A stretch of DNA of 64,000 nt. Origin: Phoronis australis. Its lineage: Eukaryota; Animalia; Phoronida. Every line of letters starts with the position of its first letter. The stretch's first letter is position 1. The stretch spans positions 809,357 through 873,356 of the forward strand of contig NMRA01000033.1 of the NCBI GenBank assembly GCA_002633005.1, read 5' to 3'. This document shows, in pieces, positions 1 to 14,400 of the stretch. Under the pieces are notes generated by a model. That model was given only the letters and a program-made list of their open reading frames with translations. It did no database searches and had not been told where the DNA came from. Position numbers and translations under genes: made by a program.

Positions 1-532
1 CACTTCCCAGGGAAAATTTTATAAAGGGAGCTTCATTGTAGACACATCAAGTTACCCTAATCATTCACATGGTTTCACTACGACTCTGGCGTTGTTAAAA
101 GTGACAAGACCTAAACTTGCATTTCGCCCTATTTAGCTGGCAAAAATGAAACTCGAATTAGGCCTTTTGCAAAGACGCATAAAATCTGTTGTAATAGCCC
201 TTACCATGATAGGATTCTGTTTCTGTTACTTACAAGATTATCAAAAGCACCCGCGACTCAAGAAAATGCTTTTGAATTTATTGAGGTTGGCCAACATGGG
301 TTGATTTTCGTTATTAGATAGTTTAACAGGGAAAAATGCAGGCTTCTAATCCACAAAATTATTTTTGAAAATGGATAAATCTCACTTTAGTAAAAGTACA
401 AAGGCTCAGCATATTCCCAAAAATGGTAGTTGCTGGGATAATTTCTATAAATTATTTCTGTTCTATGCTGTGATAACCATTCACCCTTATTGAGGTGTAG
501 TTTGAGCCAGTATCAGAATTCCACAGTTACCC

Positions 533-812
533 AATGTGAATCAGTCCCATAATGACCTACATATTCTCAACATAATTATGTAAATGAATGTGAATCAGTC
601 CCATAATGACCTACTTGTTCTCAATATAATTATGTAAATGAATGTGAATCAGTCCCATAATGACCTACTTATTCTCAATATAATTATGTAAATGAATGTG
701 AATCAATCCCATAATGACCTACATATTCTCAATATAATTATGTAAATGAATGTGAATCAGTTCCATAATGACCTACATGAATATTCTCAATAATCTGAAA
801 ATGAATGTGAAT
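533..812. repeat. 54-bp tandem minisatellite, ~5 copies, with degenerate copies to ~1140 and near 1550
   Basis: Unit AATGTGAATCAGTCCCATAATGACCTACATATTCTCAACATAATTATGTAAATG starts at 533, 587, 641, 695 and 749. Confidence 0.9.
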
Positions 813-2181
813 CATCGCTGAGGCATCCATCACATGGCAATGCAGTGTGAATAATTAGCATATTGACTTATGGGTTAACCATGTAACTTTGCAATATAAA
901 TCATCCCAACTTGATTGAGGGATTCACCATAGTTATGCCACCATGTGAATCAATCCCACATTGACCTCTATATTCACTAAATAATTATGCAATGTAAATC
1001 ATGGCCATGTTGATCTACTTGCCCATCACCCTTAAAACTCCAATCACTACCATGTTGACTTACTTAGTGAAAAGATGTGCAGTAACACTCAATGTTGACC
1101 CAGTTAACCAACCTCCAATCGTGCCATGTGAATCATAAGATGCCGATCAAGTTACCCAACACACTCAAGCTACCTGAGCAACAGGTCTGTCCCTCCCACA
1201 ATCATGGTTTATAGAGTTTATGAACACGGCTCACGGCTTGGATAAACCCAGTTCACCAACTCACAGACAGCTTAAACGCCAAACAAGCAAAAAATTACAC
1301 CAAAACAAATAGCTCCTACATCTCACGCGTTTCACCGACACCCAAACATGGTAGGAGAACGTTGAATCAGTGCAGTGTTTGTTGTGAGCTCGGGACCAAC
1401 CTTGTTTGGGTGTGTAATCTGAGTTTGATCAGTCCTACAGTGCGTATGGTTTGCGAGTACAGACATGATTTTTGAGTCAGAACTCTGTGTTTGTAAGTGA
1501 GGTACTATGCTCAAGAGTTCAGTCATGTTGTGCGGATGGCCTCACATTCACAATGTGAATCATTCCCATGTTGACCTACTTTGCCAACTGTTTATCTTCG
1601 TCTCTATTGACGTAGACCTTCCTGAACACAGACAGACATGTGAGCTCCATATCAACAGGTCCACCACCCTTGGGTTTATGAATGGGACACAAGATGGTCT
1701 GTAAACACAACAGGCAATATGACAACTCCAACATCGGCAACCACAGTTAAATCAAATTATTTACAGATAATATAAATTAAAAAGTATAGAACAGAACAAA
1801 GACAATGCAATAATGTCTCCTAGTTGAGAGGTTTGATACGGATTTGTCATACTTCAGATTGGAGAAATTAGTCGCAAAAACTTTCAACTGCTATAGAAAG
1901 ATTTTTTTTAATTCGAACAAAAATAATAGCCAAAACTATTTCCACCATGCCATTTACAAAAGTTTATCAGTGCTAAAATGGTCAAGTTTCTTCACAACAG
2001 ACAATGCCAATGTTACTAATCTGCCTTATTGCATTCCAAACTGATCAAATAAACTTTACCACATAGTGGAAACTCAGATGAAAAACTTTCCTGTGATTTG
2101 CCAATATCTGGCATAAATACCTCACTTAGAGATTGAGCCTATTAGCTTGCACATACAGAACGACTTTCTGGGGGGACACAC

Positions 2182-2425
2182 CTTATCCTCAAAGAACATA
2201 CAGCCCTTCTTCTGTGCACAACCGACATGATAGATATTAGCACAGCGCTGTTTAAAGCAGCTGAGGGTAGCACCATAGTAACGACACACGACACACTCCA
2301 GCGTTTGACCCCGTCTGTGAGCCTGACCCACGTGCATCAGTGCCCCGCTGACCGTCTCGAACACCTCGTACGACCACAGGGCACAGTTCAAGTGGACCCA
2401 CTTGTCCGAGTCGTAATTGAGAAGC
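2182..2425 (-). CDS. KMT2C: KMT2C/D exon 56, C-terminal extended PHD
   Basis: RLLNYDSDKWVHLNCALWSYEV...GATLSC...YHVGCAQKKGCMFFEDK; TGCAG acceptor, GTGTGT donor. Confidence 0.92.
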
Positions 2426-5400
2426 CTGCAAAGAGTCATGAGCACAACATGATATAAAACAAAAAGTCCATTTAATTCAGATGACCAGAAAATCACTATT
2501 CATTAGGTATAACTACTAAGATGGCATACTTGTTCACAAAAATGCATATGTTCATGCCACGTGGGACAATTCTCCCATAAATGCCCCATGTTGGTCAGCT
2601 TTCTGTCCTCAATCTCTTCGAATTGTAAAAATAGACTTTTTACATCAGCACCACCTAGTGAATACCAAGACAATTATTACACTAATACTATTCCTCCAAC
2701 GAGTTCCCCACAGTTATTGGAAGCTTCTCTCCATATCATTTCACATGCAGCATTCCTTATCAACTATGGCACTTTACACACTGCTTGCAATGTGAGATTA
2801 AACAATGCATGCCTGGTAAATACTATACTTACACCTAAACACATGACCGCAATCTCAACTGAACTCCAGAATGGTTGTTTGCTGAAATCGAAACACTCAG
2901 TTCTACATCTTCTACAACTATTGTGACATTGACTGCACATAATATACAGTCAAATCCCAGTCACTAGGTGTCACCACTTACCTGGCAGGCCCATCAGTCT
3001 CACTGTCCCCCTTGGTGTGACACAGTATACACCTCCTTGTGTCTTCTATTGCAGGCTCTGGACGGATGGTGATACACAGCCGGTCCATCAACTGGTGGGC
3101 AGTAAACAATCAGTCATGAGAACACAGACATCAGACAGAGGGAGGAAGATGAAACTAAATATTCATGCTTCGAAAACAACATCATACAAACTCTAGGTGG
3201 AGCCACTTTACGACAATACTAGGCGCTTTGACAGCTTGTCCCAAACTTCCTGCTACAACCTCAACAAACAGTCCAAGTTGGACTCAAAAGCTTTACTCTT
3301 TTTCTAAGCCAGGCCACCAAATAAGTCACCACCATCACATTCATGCTTAGGGTAAAAAACATAATTTCTGTCAGAAAACAACTTTTGATATAAGCTTCTT
3401 ATTGCTAAAACTTATCATGTTTTCTTACTCATATTAGGCATGATTTCTAGACTTAAGAAAAGATGACATATCCTTATTTCTTGAGACAACACCAATCATG
3501 TTGCTTGTCAAGGCAGCTGAGTTTCAATAGTAAATTAAAAGCAATAAGGCTGTTTTGGAATTCTGTGAGATTTATTGTAAAGAATACAATTTTAAAAGAA
3601 TCAGAGCATGACATTGTTTTGGAAGAGCAAATATGCCTGAAAGGAACAAAATCATTGTTTTAACAAAAAAACGTAGTTCATGTCAGGTTTAACATATGTA
3701 CCTGATTGACTTGCTCTTGAGTCATTGGTTGTATGGTGACTTGAAGAGTGCCAAATGTGATGTCCCACTTGCGCCATTTGATGCCTTTCCACTTCTTAGG
3801 AGGGGGCTAAAATACATACAAACTTGACTTATCAGTAACACTTCACTGACACTTGAACACAGTAATATACTGTCAGCTAAAACTACTTCATCTAACTTTA
3901 AAGACTTTGACCAGCAAATGGAACATAACAGCTGTCATGTGACATACAGAAAATCACATCGGGTCTCTAGTGACTTGTGCTTATCCTTTATCCTTGTACC
4001 GTGGCAAACACACTTGCTGGAAGAAATGGTTAATGTAGAATAATGACAACTTCCAGTCAGCCCATCAGAGATCTGTGCACACAGGTAGAAGTGTAATCTT
4101 ATTGCAATCAAAATCAACTGAACTGGTGAGTGTTACAATCAAACATCAAGAACTGTCATGAGTTTACACAGGCAATGGATACACTCAAATTATCTCAAAA
4201 CACTTCCCCTAGACTGAACATCAGCAGCCTCATCCCAAAACGCCCCAGGGGCCAGGGCTACACTTGCTGGCTGAGCCCTTGATAGGGTACATAGCAGAGT
4301 ATATCAATGTGTACAATATTATGCATATGGTTCACTGAATAAGAGATGCGACAATTATCTGAACAAGTGTTTTGACAGAAATTTCCAGAACTGGGGATTT
4401 CCGGAACAAATAAGATAATTTTTGGCTAATTTCCATCGCATTTCTTTGGGGGAAATATCGTCCCCAGTTCAACCCACCTTGCTATCTACGCTACTGCTGC
4501 GTCGACGATTTTTATTCTTGTCTTTGGTCTCAGACTTCTTCAACACTGCTACCGGCGCCACCAAGTCCATGGCTTTATCGGAATCCTGGTTTTTATGTTC
4601 AACCAAATTGCCTCCTTCGCACTGAAATGTTAAATCCCATATAAAACGCCCCTAATGTATGGGATGAGCAAGAGACATGGTCCCACCAATAACTTTTCCA
4701 ACACTTCAGCAAACTCTTATAAACATTGAATATCATGAGTCACACTGTATTAAGGTTATGTGGGACCCTAGAAAAATGTCCAAATTTGACCAACTTTGGA
4801 ACATCACATCTCAACACTCGCAGGTACCATGCTTTATACACAGTTCTTTTAAACGCTGTTATGAAAGGTCTTTAAAATGTGGCACTTTTTGTATGATGGG
4901 CTATCAGAATATCGGACACAAATGATTTTCATAAAAAATCTCAGAAGATGCATAAAACGAAAACAAAATAAAGAGCTAGAAAACTGTAATAGCATTTTTT
5001 AGATTTCATCTTGAACATTTATATTACGCAAAAGTTTGCTAATTACTGATACCATTGTTTTATCTATCAAATTACCTTCCTTTTTGCTAACTTATTACTA
5101 AAAAGAAATAGTCACGTGACGCACTTAATAACTGATTGGTAAAAATTCAAAAATAAACTTTCGTAAAATATTATTTAACACTATTTTTACTAACTTGAAA
5201 TGCAAACTTTAACAGGTATTTGGCTGAATACACAGACTTTTTAAAAAAGTCCTCCATAACCTTGGATACTATGAAAGGATATGTTCAACATTTTCTAAGT
5301 GCATCAAACTTAATGTGGAATACTAAAGACAGTTCAAAGCACACCATTCTAGACTGTAAGACAAAGTTACCTTGACAGGTTCAGCAACAGAACTGCGCCT

Positions 5401-8400
5401 GGAGATGGAGAACTGCATGTAACATGTGGTGCTGCAGAAGTATACTTGATCGCCCTCTGCCTCCTGTAACAGGGGGGTATAACAGGCAGTAGAATGGGAG
5501 GGTACTGCTGTAGGGCTGGGACTTATGCGCAGTAAGTCAGGGACACTGAGCAAACAATCTGTCAACTGATATTCGTATAACCCAGTTCAAAAATTATGAC
5601 AGACCATAAAACTGTTTTTCAAAAAAATTCAACCCTTCAAAATTGTATGCTAGGTAATACCTCATAACTCAAAATAAGACCACCAGATTTTTTAACAGCA
5701 AAAGCCAAGAATATCTTAATTTGTCATCACAGTCAGGTAGCCCTGGGGCCAATTTTAATATAAATCAACAATCAAGCTAACATTGACGGTTGTATCTCAG
5801 AAATGTATGGGCAATACAGATTAATGAAACATAGTAATCTATTAGTACTTGAAAACAATATAAACTGGGGTTAAATTGCACAACCAAACACCCAACCCTT
5901 AATAACTACCTGCTCATCCCGTGTCAAGAATGGCAACTCGGATTTCTTTTTAGTGACTTTACCACTGAGAGGAAGATGCACATCACAGTGACGACAAAAT
6001 TTTGGCTTGGTCTTCATCAATGATTGGATGTGAATGGCTTCCTCTTTGTCTACAACAGAACAATCGTAGGTAGTTAAGAAACTAAGCATAACTGAGATGG
6101 ACTTATTACTCCATGATAAGAAGCAACACAGGACTACATGGTACATGCGTGTACTGAGGCCCCCGTGTCCGCATTGGGGACCCCATGGGTGTATTGAGGT
6201 TCCTACGAGTGTATTGCGGCCCCATGCGTGTATCGAGGCCCCATGCAAGCATGTGAAACTGCCAGTGCAATTTACACACATGTGTCTGTATGTGACCAAT
6301 GAGAAACGATTCAAAATGCGAGAGTAGACCGAGTTTATTGATAACTTGTGAAATGGCAGATACATGCACGTTAGCAATTGTATTGCATTGAGAATGGCCG
6401 AATAGAAATTTTGAGACAATTGCCTGCATCATCACTGAGGAATACCTGTATGCACTTGTGTGCAAACTCTTAATCAAAAACTTTTTGGGAAAACTGTCTA
6501 TTTTGAAAATAGGAAAAAGGGGCAAAACGATATTAAGCAAATACAATATTCACATTTTTTAAATTGTATAGAACAATGCGTCTTAATGTACTTAACCTTT
6601 GAGTCTGGACATCGACAAGCAAGTGCTGCTATTAACAAGCTACAGAGTACTCACGCTTCAAGTCTTGCTTAAAGAGCTCAGGAGAAGAACTACGGCTGAT
6701 GTTATACGTGAGAGGTACAGCTATGTTAAGGAGGTCCGCAACAGCCGAGAGAACACCCTTAACATCCTCAGCTGCTGTGTTGGATAAGGTCAATGTGACG
6801 GACACCTAGGGATGACAGGTGACAACATGAAAGTTTTTAACAACAGACAATTTGATAACAATCAGTTATAAACAAACTAGCAATCATTAGAGAACAAACA
6901 AAAATCTTAAGATAATAAATAAATGCGTTTGTCTCAGTCAAAACAGGAGTTTTGGAAACACATTGTTAATGAAAAATCAAGTGAAAACTCAACTGATAAA
7001 ACGATCACTTAAAATGACACTTATTACTCAATGACCTGTGTCAGTGCAAAAATACCAGATTTTGACTTACACCACATGGCATGGCCAAAGTAAGCATTGA
7101 TGTCTGGGCTTCAAGAAAACCTGTCAATATAACACTGCTGACATCTCAATGCCACCTTACCTGGTTACTGTAATCCTTCAGAGGCTGTGACAGTGACACT
7201 GCTTTTGTCTTGACTGGCTCCTCAGGCAGCAGACCAAAATTTTCTTTATTCTTAAAAAAGTACGAGTCTTCTTCCTTCTTTCTCTTCCATGAACCGCTGA
7301 CATCTTGTTCAGGAATCTCCTTCTTGATCTCATGTTTTACTGTTACAGCTAACAGAATAAATAAAATAAAACAATAAAAAATACAATCTTTACACAGAGT
7401 TTTCGTTGGTCAACTGCTTCCCAACTGGAAATAATAACACAATGTTAATTCAATGCATTCCAATTTTTCACACTATTGATATCCGTACATATGTGAATCC
7501 AAATACATCCGTGTTTTAAGACTGATAGCTAATTCCCTGCCTGCCAACTCTCGAATTTTTCCTTCTCGATAAGATGAGGGCCACTCTCAATCAGAAAGGA
7601 GTACGTTAACAGAAAAACTTGTCGCACATCTTGAGTGCCATAGCTTGTCCCACGACCTCACTACCAAGTGATTTAAAGGGGCATTATCGGTTTTATGGTC
7701 GAAAAACATATTTTTGGAATTATTGCTGGAAAAGACACTCCTTTTAAAGTTATTAGGTTTGACAAGAGATATAAATGAACACAATCTGTCACGTTCTTCT
7801 GATTTATCACAAATCAACAATTCTCACCATTGTCTGTTGGACATTCGGTGAAATCGAGACCATTTAATACACTTACAACACGCTGCCATTAATGAAGTGG
7901 GGTTTAACTCCATCAGCAGAGCGTTCGGATGCAACCACGGGAGTTGCAGGTTCCAATCCACACTGAGGCTGACCAAACAAAATCACTTCTCTCACCAGTA
8001 ACGCCCCCTTACAGAGTTCAACTGCAGATCACCGAGATCATGCTACACTTACGTCGGACTGGGATGGGTGCAACGAGGGGCACAAAAGGGGACCTACACT
8101 CCCTCAGTCTGTCTTCGGGCGATGTCTTCTCGTCTTTAATCACCTGCAGCACAGGGTATAGTGTGTCCGTCTCTCCCAGCATGCACTCGGGTGACGAGGA
8201 CGAGACAATGGTATCCGGGGTGTTACTGGACCTAAACAAGATGACCAGATGTTAAACATTAGACCGGTGTTTTGGCACTTCCTCAAAATTCATGTAGAAT
8301 GCTATTACCAAAACTTTCTGTCAAATTGTATTTGTTGCACTGGAAGAAGAGTACAGTTCAGAAAAATCAGTTTGGGACACAAACTTTATGTAAGTGATTG

Positions 8401-11400
8401 ACATGATAAAGCAAAGAACCTTAATAAGCGATAGTCTCAACTTTGTCAATACAGGGGTTGTTTGTCTGCGCTAATCATTTGGTTATAAGTTAGTATTATT
8501 AGTATTAAAAAGCCATATAAAGCATATTTGTGCATTATCACATTATGTTATGTTTTACAACATATTCATACATATAGCTTGTTCGGTTAAACACAACTTC
8601 CAAGGTTAGGTATATGTCACATACAAACAAAACACAAACATTGCACAATTAACTGAAATGTATACCAATACTTTCTAGCCGCTTTACTGAACCGTTGGCT
8701 CAGTCGACACCTGATCCTGAGCAGAGTCGACTTACGACTGAACTCATAAGGTGATCGACAACGACGCCTGCTGTGAATTTAAGTACAGATAGTGCAATGA
8801 ACGCTCAGGTGTTCCATAACAATGACATGCAAACAGGTACAGTTAATGGTTTTCAGAATAAAACGGGAAATGACAAATTTGCAACGCACTCACAAAACAG
8901 CAGCTAAATATCCATGCCATTATTGGTCAGTGCTAACTGAGGCCAAATTTCTTTGGTCTGTTTATGAGAATTATTTCAGAAGAAGCAGCTAGTCACAATA
9001 AATATGTATGATAAAAACTCGACAGGAGAACTATTTTTTGCAAAATAGTTCTGGCACAAAGCATACCAAGAACTGTCCAGTTTATTAAAAAACTACTGGT
9101 CAAAGTACTGCACAAGAAGCACGGCACTTGGGAAAGCATATAAGAGAATCCCTGAGTACCTTAAAAATAACCAGCTCCAGTTGTCTTAGGCCAGATTCAG
9201 GGAAATAAAGCCTCCCAGAGACAAAATCCCTCTGGTAGCTAATTTCAAAAGCATATTAATAAGATAAACTGACAGTTGTGTACTTATCCATGTACAGCAT
9301 AAAGAAACAGAACATACAAGTATGAGACTCATTTAAAAATACTCTGGGTGAATTTTTAATATTGAAGCTCTGTAAATACTACAAATAGTGATCAAATACT
9401 GTGGAAGGACACAAGAACACTGGGGCTTCAACCTATGTATTCCATAAACCCTGCTGTTGGAGATGAGAGACTGTCCCTTAACCTATGTTTCTCAAAGTTG
9501 AATGGCCAGTGACAAGTATTGATTATCCATCCTACTTAAGCATGCTTGTGAAGCAGTAATCAACTGTAAACTTCTTTGAGATGACAAGGCCAACCAAGAC
9601 CTATGTCAAAAAGACTTAATACACAAAACCAAGACAGTGCCTCTTAAAGTGGGCATTGAATCACACATTGTCAAAGAAACAAACTTTTGAGTTATACCAT
9701 TTCCCACAAAAGAATTGGACTCAACTTGTTCCTCACTCGGGTGAGAAGTGATTTTGGGCTTGCAACGAAATGACAGTTTGTTAGCCTTTGAGACTACGCT
9801 CGACACGTGAAATGACCTGCCTTGACATGCCAACTTTACATAGCCTGGTCTCAAATAGTAACAAATTGTCAGTTTTTCTGAAGCCCTGAAATGCCTTTTA
9901 ATATAACTACCAAATAAAAGTATGTAGTCTAAATCAAAAGTTAGTTGTTTTGATGGAAAATGGGTTTATAGCATAAAAGCCAATTCTCCAAAGTAAGAGC
10001 ACAATAGTTTACACCAATATGTTGCCTACTTTGACCTACCGTGTGGGAATGTCTAAGCGTGGTCCAATCAGAGGAGGGCTTGGCATGGTGAGGGGTCGGC
10101 CGAGAGCAGGGAAGGCTGACATGTGCTGACTATCCAGTTCACGGATGATTTCACTGGCCATCACACCAGGCCTCTCTGTAGTCTGACCTGTGGGTAACAA
10201 GAATTAGTAATTTTAAGGAAACAAGGGAACCCGACAGACTTGGAGGATTCATATAAATTACAAATCGAGGTTATTTTCACATCTTAAAGAAAAAAATACA
10301 ACTGACAGTACTTGTACTTTCCAAAAAGTAGACAAATTTCTTCTAGTCTAAAACTGACAAAATTTGGAGAACAAACTTTCAGCTCTTTTTATATTAAAGA
10401 CTTTTTTCTGGTATCCTTCTGAAATTTTGCAATAACTTCGAGGAAACCAGACAACAACCATTACTCCACCAAACATAACTTCGAGAGTCTACTAAATAAT
10501 TGACCAATTGTGGTGTGCTACTACTGGACAATTGACGAATCGCCAGGATTTCTGAGTGACAGCTTAATTGACCACTCAGAAGGCAGCATTCTTAACACAC
10601 CTTCATTTTCAAGCCGCCATTGTCCTGACAAACAACACATTGCCGGGTAAAACTTTAGTAATGTTATTGTTTGTTTGTCAACATTTTGCAAGGGTCAATT
10701 GAGATTGGACTACTTAAGTTTGGTGACTATCAGTGAAAGCCTGGAGTTCATTCCATCACGTTGTTTGTGACTACTGCAGATTTTCGTACAACACTGGACC
10801 ATCACACTGGCAAACATACTTGTGGATGCCTTGTCCTTCTGTCCTGTGCCATCCTGCTGTGGTTGAACAGGTGTCACAACAGGTGTCGTGCTTGTCTTCA
10901 CTGGAGATTGTTGAATGGCCGAGCCCAGGGGGAAGTGAGAATAGTAGTCACGGGTGGAGTCTAACACCGCCTGGCCGTAGACACCCCTCAGAGGGGACAC
11001 ACCTGGATTATGAAAAGAACGAATAGAGTGAGAATATAGTGGGCCAAAAAGACATGGTCAGTGTATACCACTGCAGGGTGCAGGAACCCCTCAGAGGAGA
11101 CACACCAGGAATGTGTAAATAACGGATAGAGAGGCTATAAATGGGACGCAGTTACAGCTGGTATATCACTGCAGGCTGCAAGAACCCCTCAGAGGAGACA
11201 CACCAGGAATATGTAAATAACGGATAGAGAGGCTATAAATGGGACCAGATACAGCTGGTATACACTACTGCATGGATGTACTCAAAGATGACATATCTGA
11301 AAGACCTATTGCCTTAAACACATTATAATAATATTGAAATTTAGGTTATGGCGTGAACATTAAACTTCATTTTGTTAACAAATTTTCCTTCTTTGGATTT

Positions 11401-14400
11401 ACAAGCCTATACTCCTAAAACTGTCGGCGTGAACCTGACACAAACCATAAGCTGATTAACAAAAAGTTTAAATATCTTTCCAGGTAACAAGTCTTGGTCA
11501 AATTATAAAACACTAAACTACGAAATGCGAAAACTTCTGGAGACACTTACTGAATGATTTTCCCCAATAGTGTGCTGAATTGAGATAGAGTGTGTCGCTA
11601 TTTTCCCTGAGAACCAGTCAGTTTCAATGTGAACAGAAACCGTCTAATTGCCTAGTATAAAGTTGCAATGTACTCTATTTTAACTCCTTTAGTAGAACTG
11701 GAACCAGTAGGATCTGCAATTTCTGGAGAACGATTCAGTAAAGTTGTTCCTGTAGACCACATTAACATGCTGGCTTCAGTGATTCATCTTGATAAATGAT
11801 AACGTCCATGATCCAAAGTCAACCTACCCATTTCCACTGACTGACCCATCACTGTTAGCAGGCTGGATGTGATTACTGCCGGCTCCTGTAGAGGCACTGC
11901 AGGTAAGGCTTTTAGTTGGGCCAGTATGCCATCCATGACTGATGGCGTCTCCTCGTTGAGCACCGGTGACTTAGGTTTACGGTTCACCTTCTTTGAGGAG
12001 TCGACCTTCTTACGCTTTACCTTGGCCTTCTTAGTTTTGGGCGACACCTCAGTGGTGGCCTCTGGCTGGGCTGGAGGGTGCAGTGACTCATACCGGAGTT
12101 CTTCAATAAACAGAGTGTGTTGAGGGTTAGTGTGGTTTATAGCAGTGTGGTCAATAACCACTGCACGTAAAAAGCAAGCAGTAAATAACTAATATCAATA
12201 ATGATTAATTGATGGCTTAAGGAAAAGTGTTTTGAATTCTTGAATAACTTGTATTGTTAAATGAGGCGCACCTGCCTCCGTAGACATGCAAAAAAGCTAT
12301 CTGGATGCTGATTGTACATCTGGTAATGGTATGAATTGGGTACAGTGACAAAAAGGACATTATGTGATTTTTAATTAATGTTATCCTGATTTCACGAAAA
12401 TGTTTTTGGCTGTGCATGCTGTAACATATCTATTAAATGTGATGCAAACAGTTGTACTCTGCTTTTTAAAAGGCTGTTCAAAATGCAAAAGGTTTGTTTA
12501 CATGACGGTCATGCAGTCAATCCAATCAAATCTCCCTCCAAAAATATCCCACAGCGCAAAGGTTATTTCTGTCAAACCTGCCTCTCCGCAGACTGATTCA
12601 GCTGTTTGAAGTTTTGAGCACATTTCAGTAACCGTTATACAATGTAAGCCAAACTTTGTAGGAACATTTCCATCAGAACAGAAGACAACTAAGAAACCGC
12701 ACATGCAAGCCAACAGCCTCTGAGGGTCACTCCAGTCGAACACGAACTCCCGTTGAAGGCCCACAAGTTTGACGACCCAATGCGGGATCGCCAGCATTAA
12801 AAGCCCCACGAGAACTTCATATTTCTTGAAAATCCTACCCATGTACTGACATTTCATCCCATATTCTGTTATGCAGATACTATGAATTTTGCCAGTGGTT
12901 GTTAAGAGCCTTGATTAATATCCATGTTTGGTTGAGTTATTTTTGGAATCAAAGTGATCAACACAGATTTAACATATTTTTAGATTAAAAAACAACAAAA
13001 AAAACTGGCAAGTCCCAGGTATGGTTTTTGAGCATTTCTATCAAAATTTTAATTCCAGCACATGGTCACGTGTCCGTGAGAATGGCACTTTATAATATTG
13101 TGAATGACATGATCAGATTCGCCTCGATTCCTAGTTTCAGAAAAATTAATATAGATTGACAGTTGCTCATTGCTAAGATATTCCAAGAGGAAGACAAAAT
13201 TTTAATTAGGGGTACATGTAACCTTAAAGGTAAAACGAGTGAAAAGCAGATTATTGAGAATGTTTGTATCGGAAGTAAATGTCTAACAGAAGTTGTGAAA
13301 TTATATCACGTATCATTTCTTAATGATGCTCTACATGAAAGGAAACTCTCAGGATACTATGGGGGCACATCATGTGGTATCGGTGACTCTTACCGCCACC
13401 TGGCTGTAACAGGAGGTACTTTTAGGCATAGGTAAACATGTATGACTTTGTGAATAATATGCACTTTTACAGTGCACGTGATTACATGTCAATCGTGTAA
13501 TTGCCTCCTGATCTCCTAGAGGCCACTAGTGTCCAGTCACACATATCAGACGCCATTAAAAGACTTCATTCTCAAACAATCTGACCACAGCGCTGTAATA
13601 GCTGAGTAATCCCCCACAATAATTTGTGTACTTGACGAGTCTATAAATGTCTCATACGTTCAGACAAAGCCCCCCTCTCCAAGCTGCTCTGGGTAATATC
13701 ACAACCATGTGACCCTGCATCCAAACCCAAGTCTCCTTACCCAGTATACGTTGTCGTTCCTCAGCAGTCTTAGACTCCCACTCCTCCTGACTGATCTCTC
13801 GCTCCATAACAAGAGGCATGCTGTCAATCATTGCCAGCTGACGCTGTTGTTCTGGGGTCAGCACTATCTGATCTTCCTCCTGCAACAAAAATGATCTCAG
13901 GTCAGGTCAGGTCAGGTCAGGTCAACTCAGAGCGATATACAGTGGAGTGTATTTCAACAATCAATGAGAACAAGAAATCATTAGCCACTGGAGGAATGAA
14001 ATGCTCAAATCCTCACACAAATAATGAGATCTCATTACAGACAGAAAAGGCAAAGACTGGCATTGAACAATTAATTATGTCACAGTTAATACCTATTAAT
14101 GACATTATTTGCAATGTCACTAATACTTAATGTTTTGACAGTAAGCAGTTATTGTCCAAGATAACAAGAAAGAAGAGCCAGTACATACAGTGCAGCAACC
14201 AAAACCAAAACATAACACGAGACAAGTCAATAAATTAGACCTCTTTAGTTGCTGGCCCTCTGGGTGCCTCAAGTAATCGTTTCAGCAAGATGTTCTCAGT
14301 TCCCTTGGCCTTGGACAAATCTTCCTGACCATCAGCGACATTCCCTTTGGATGACTCATCAGAGGTCGATGATGTGGGGATGGCCACATTGCGACTACTG

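Noticed and set aside
533-812. 54-bp array as CRISPR or an ncRNA cluster
   Set aside because: Head-to-tail units with no spacers; an ordinary minisatellite.
1-2181. Next KMT2C/D exon (FYRN onward)
   Set aside because: No matching peptide was seen by eye, so this is treated as intron continuing off-window.
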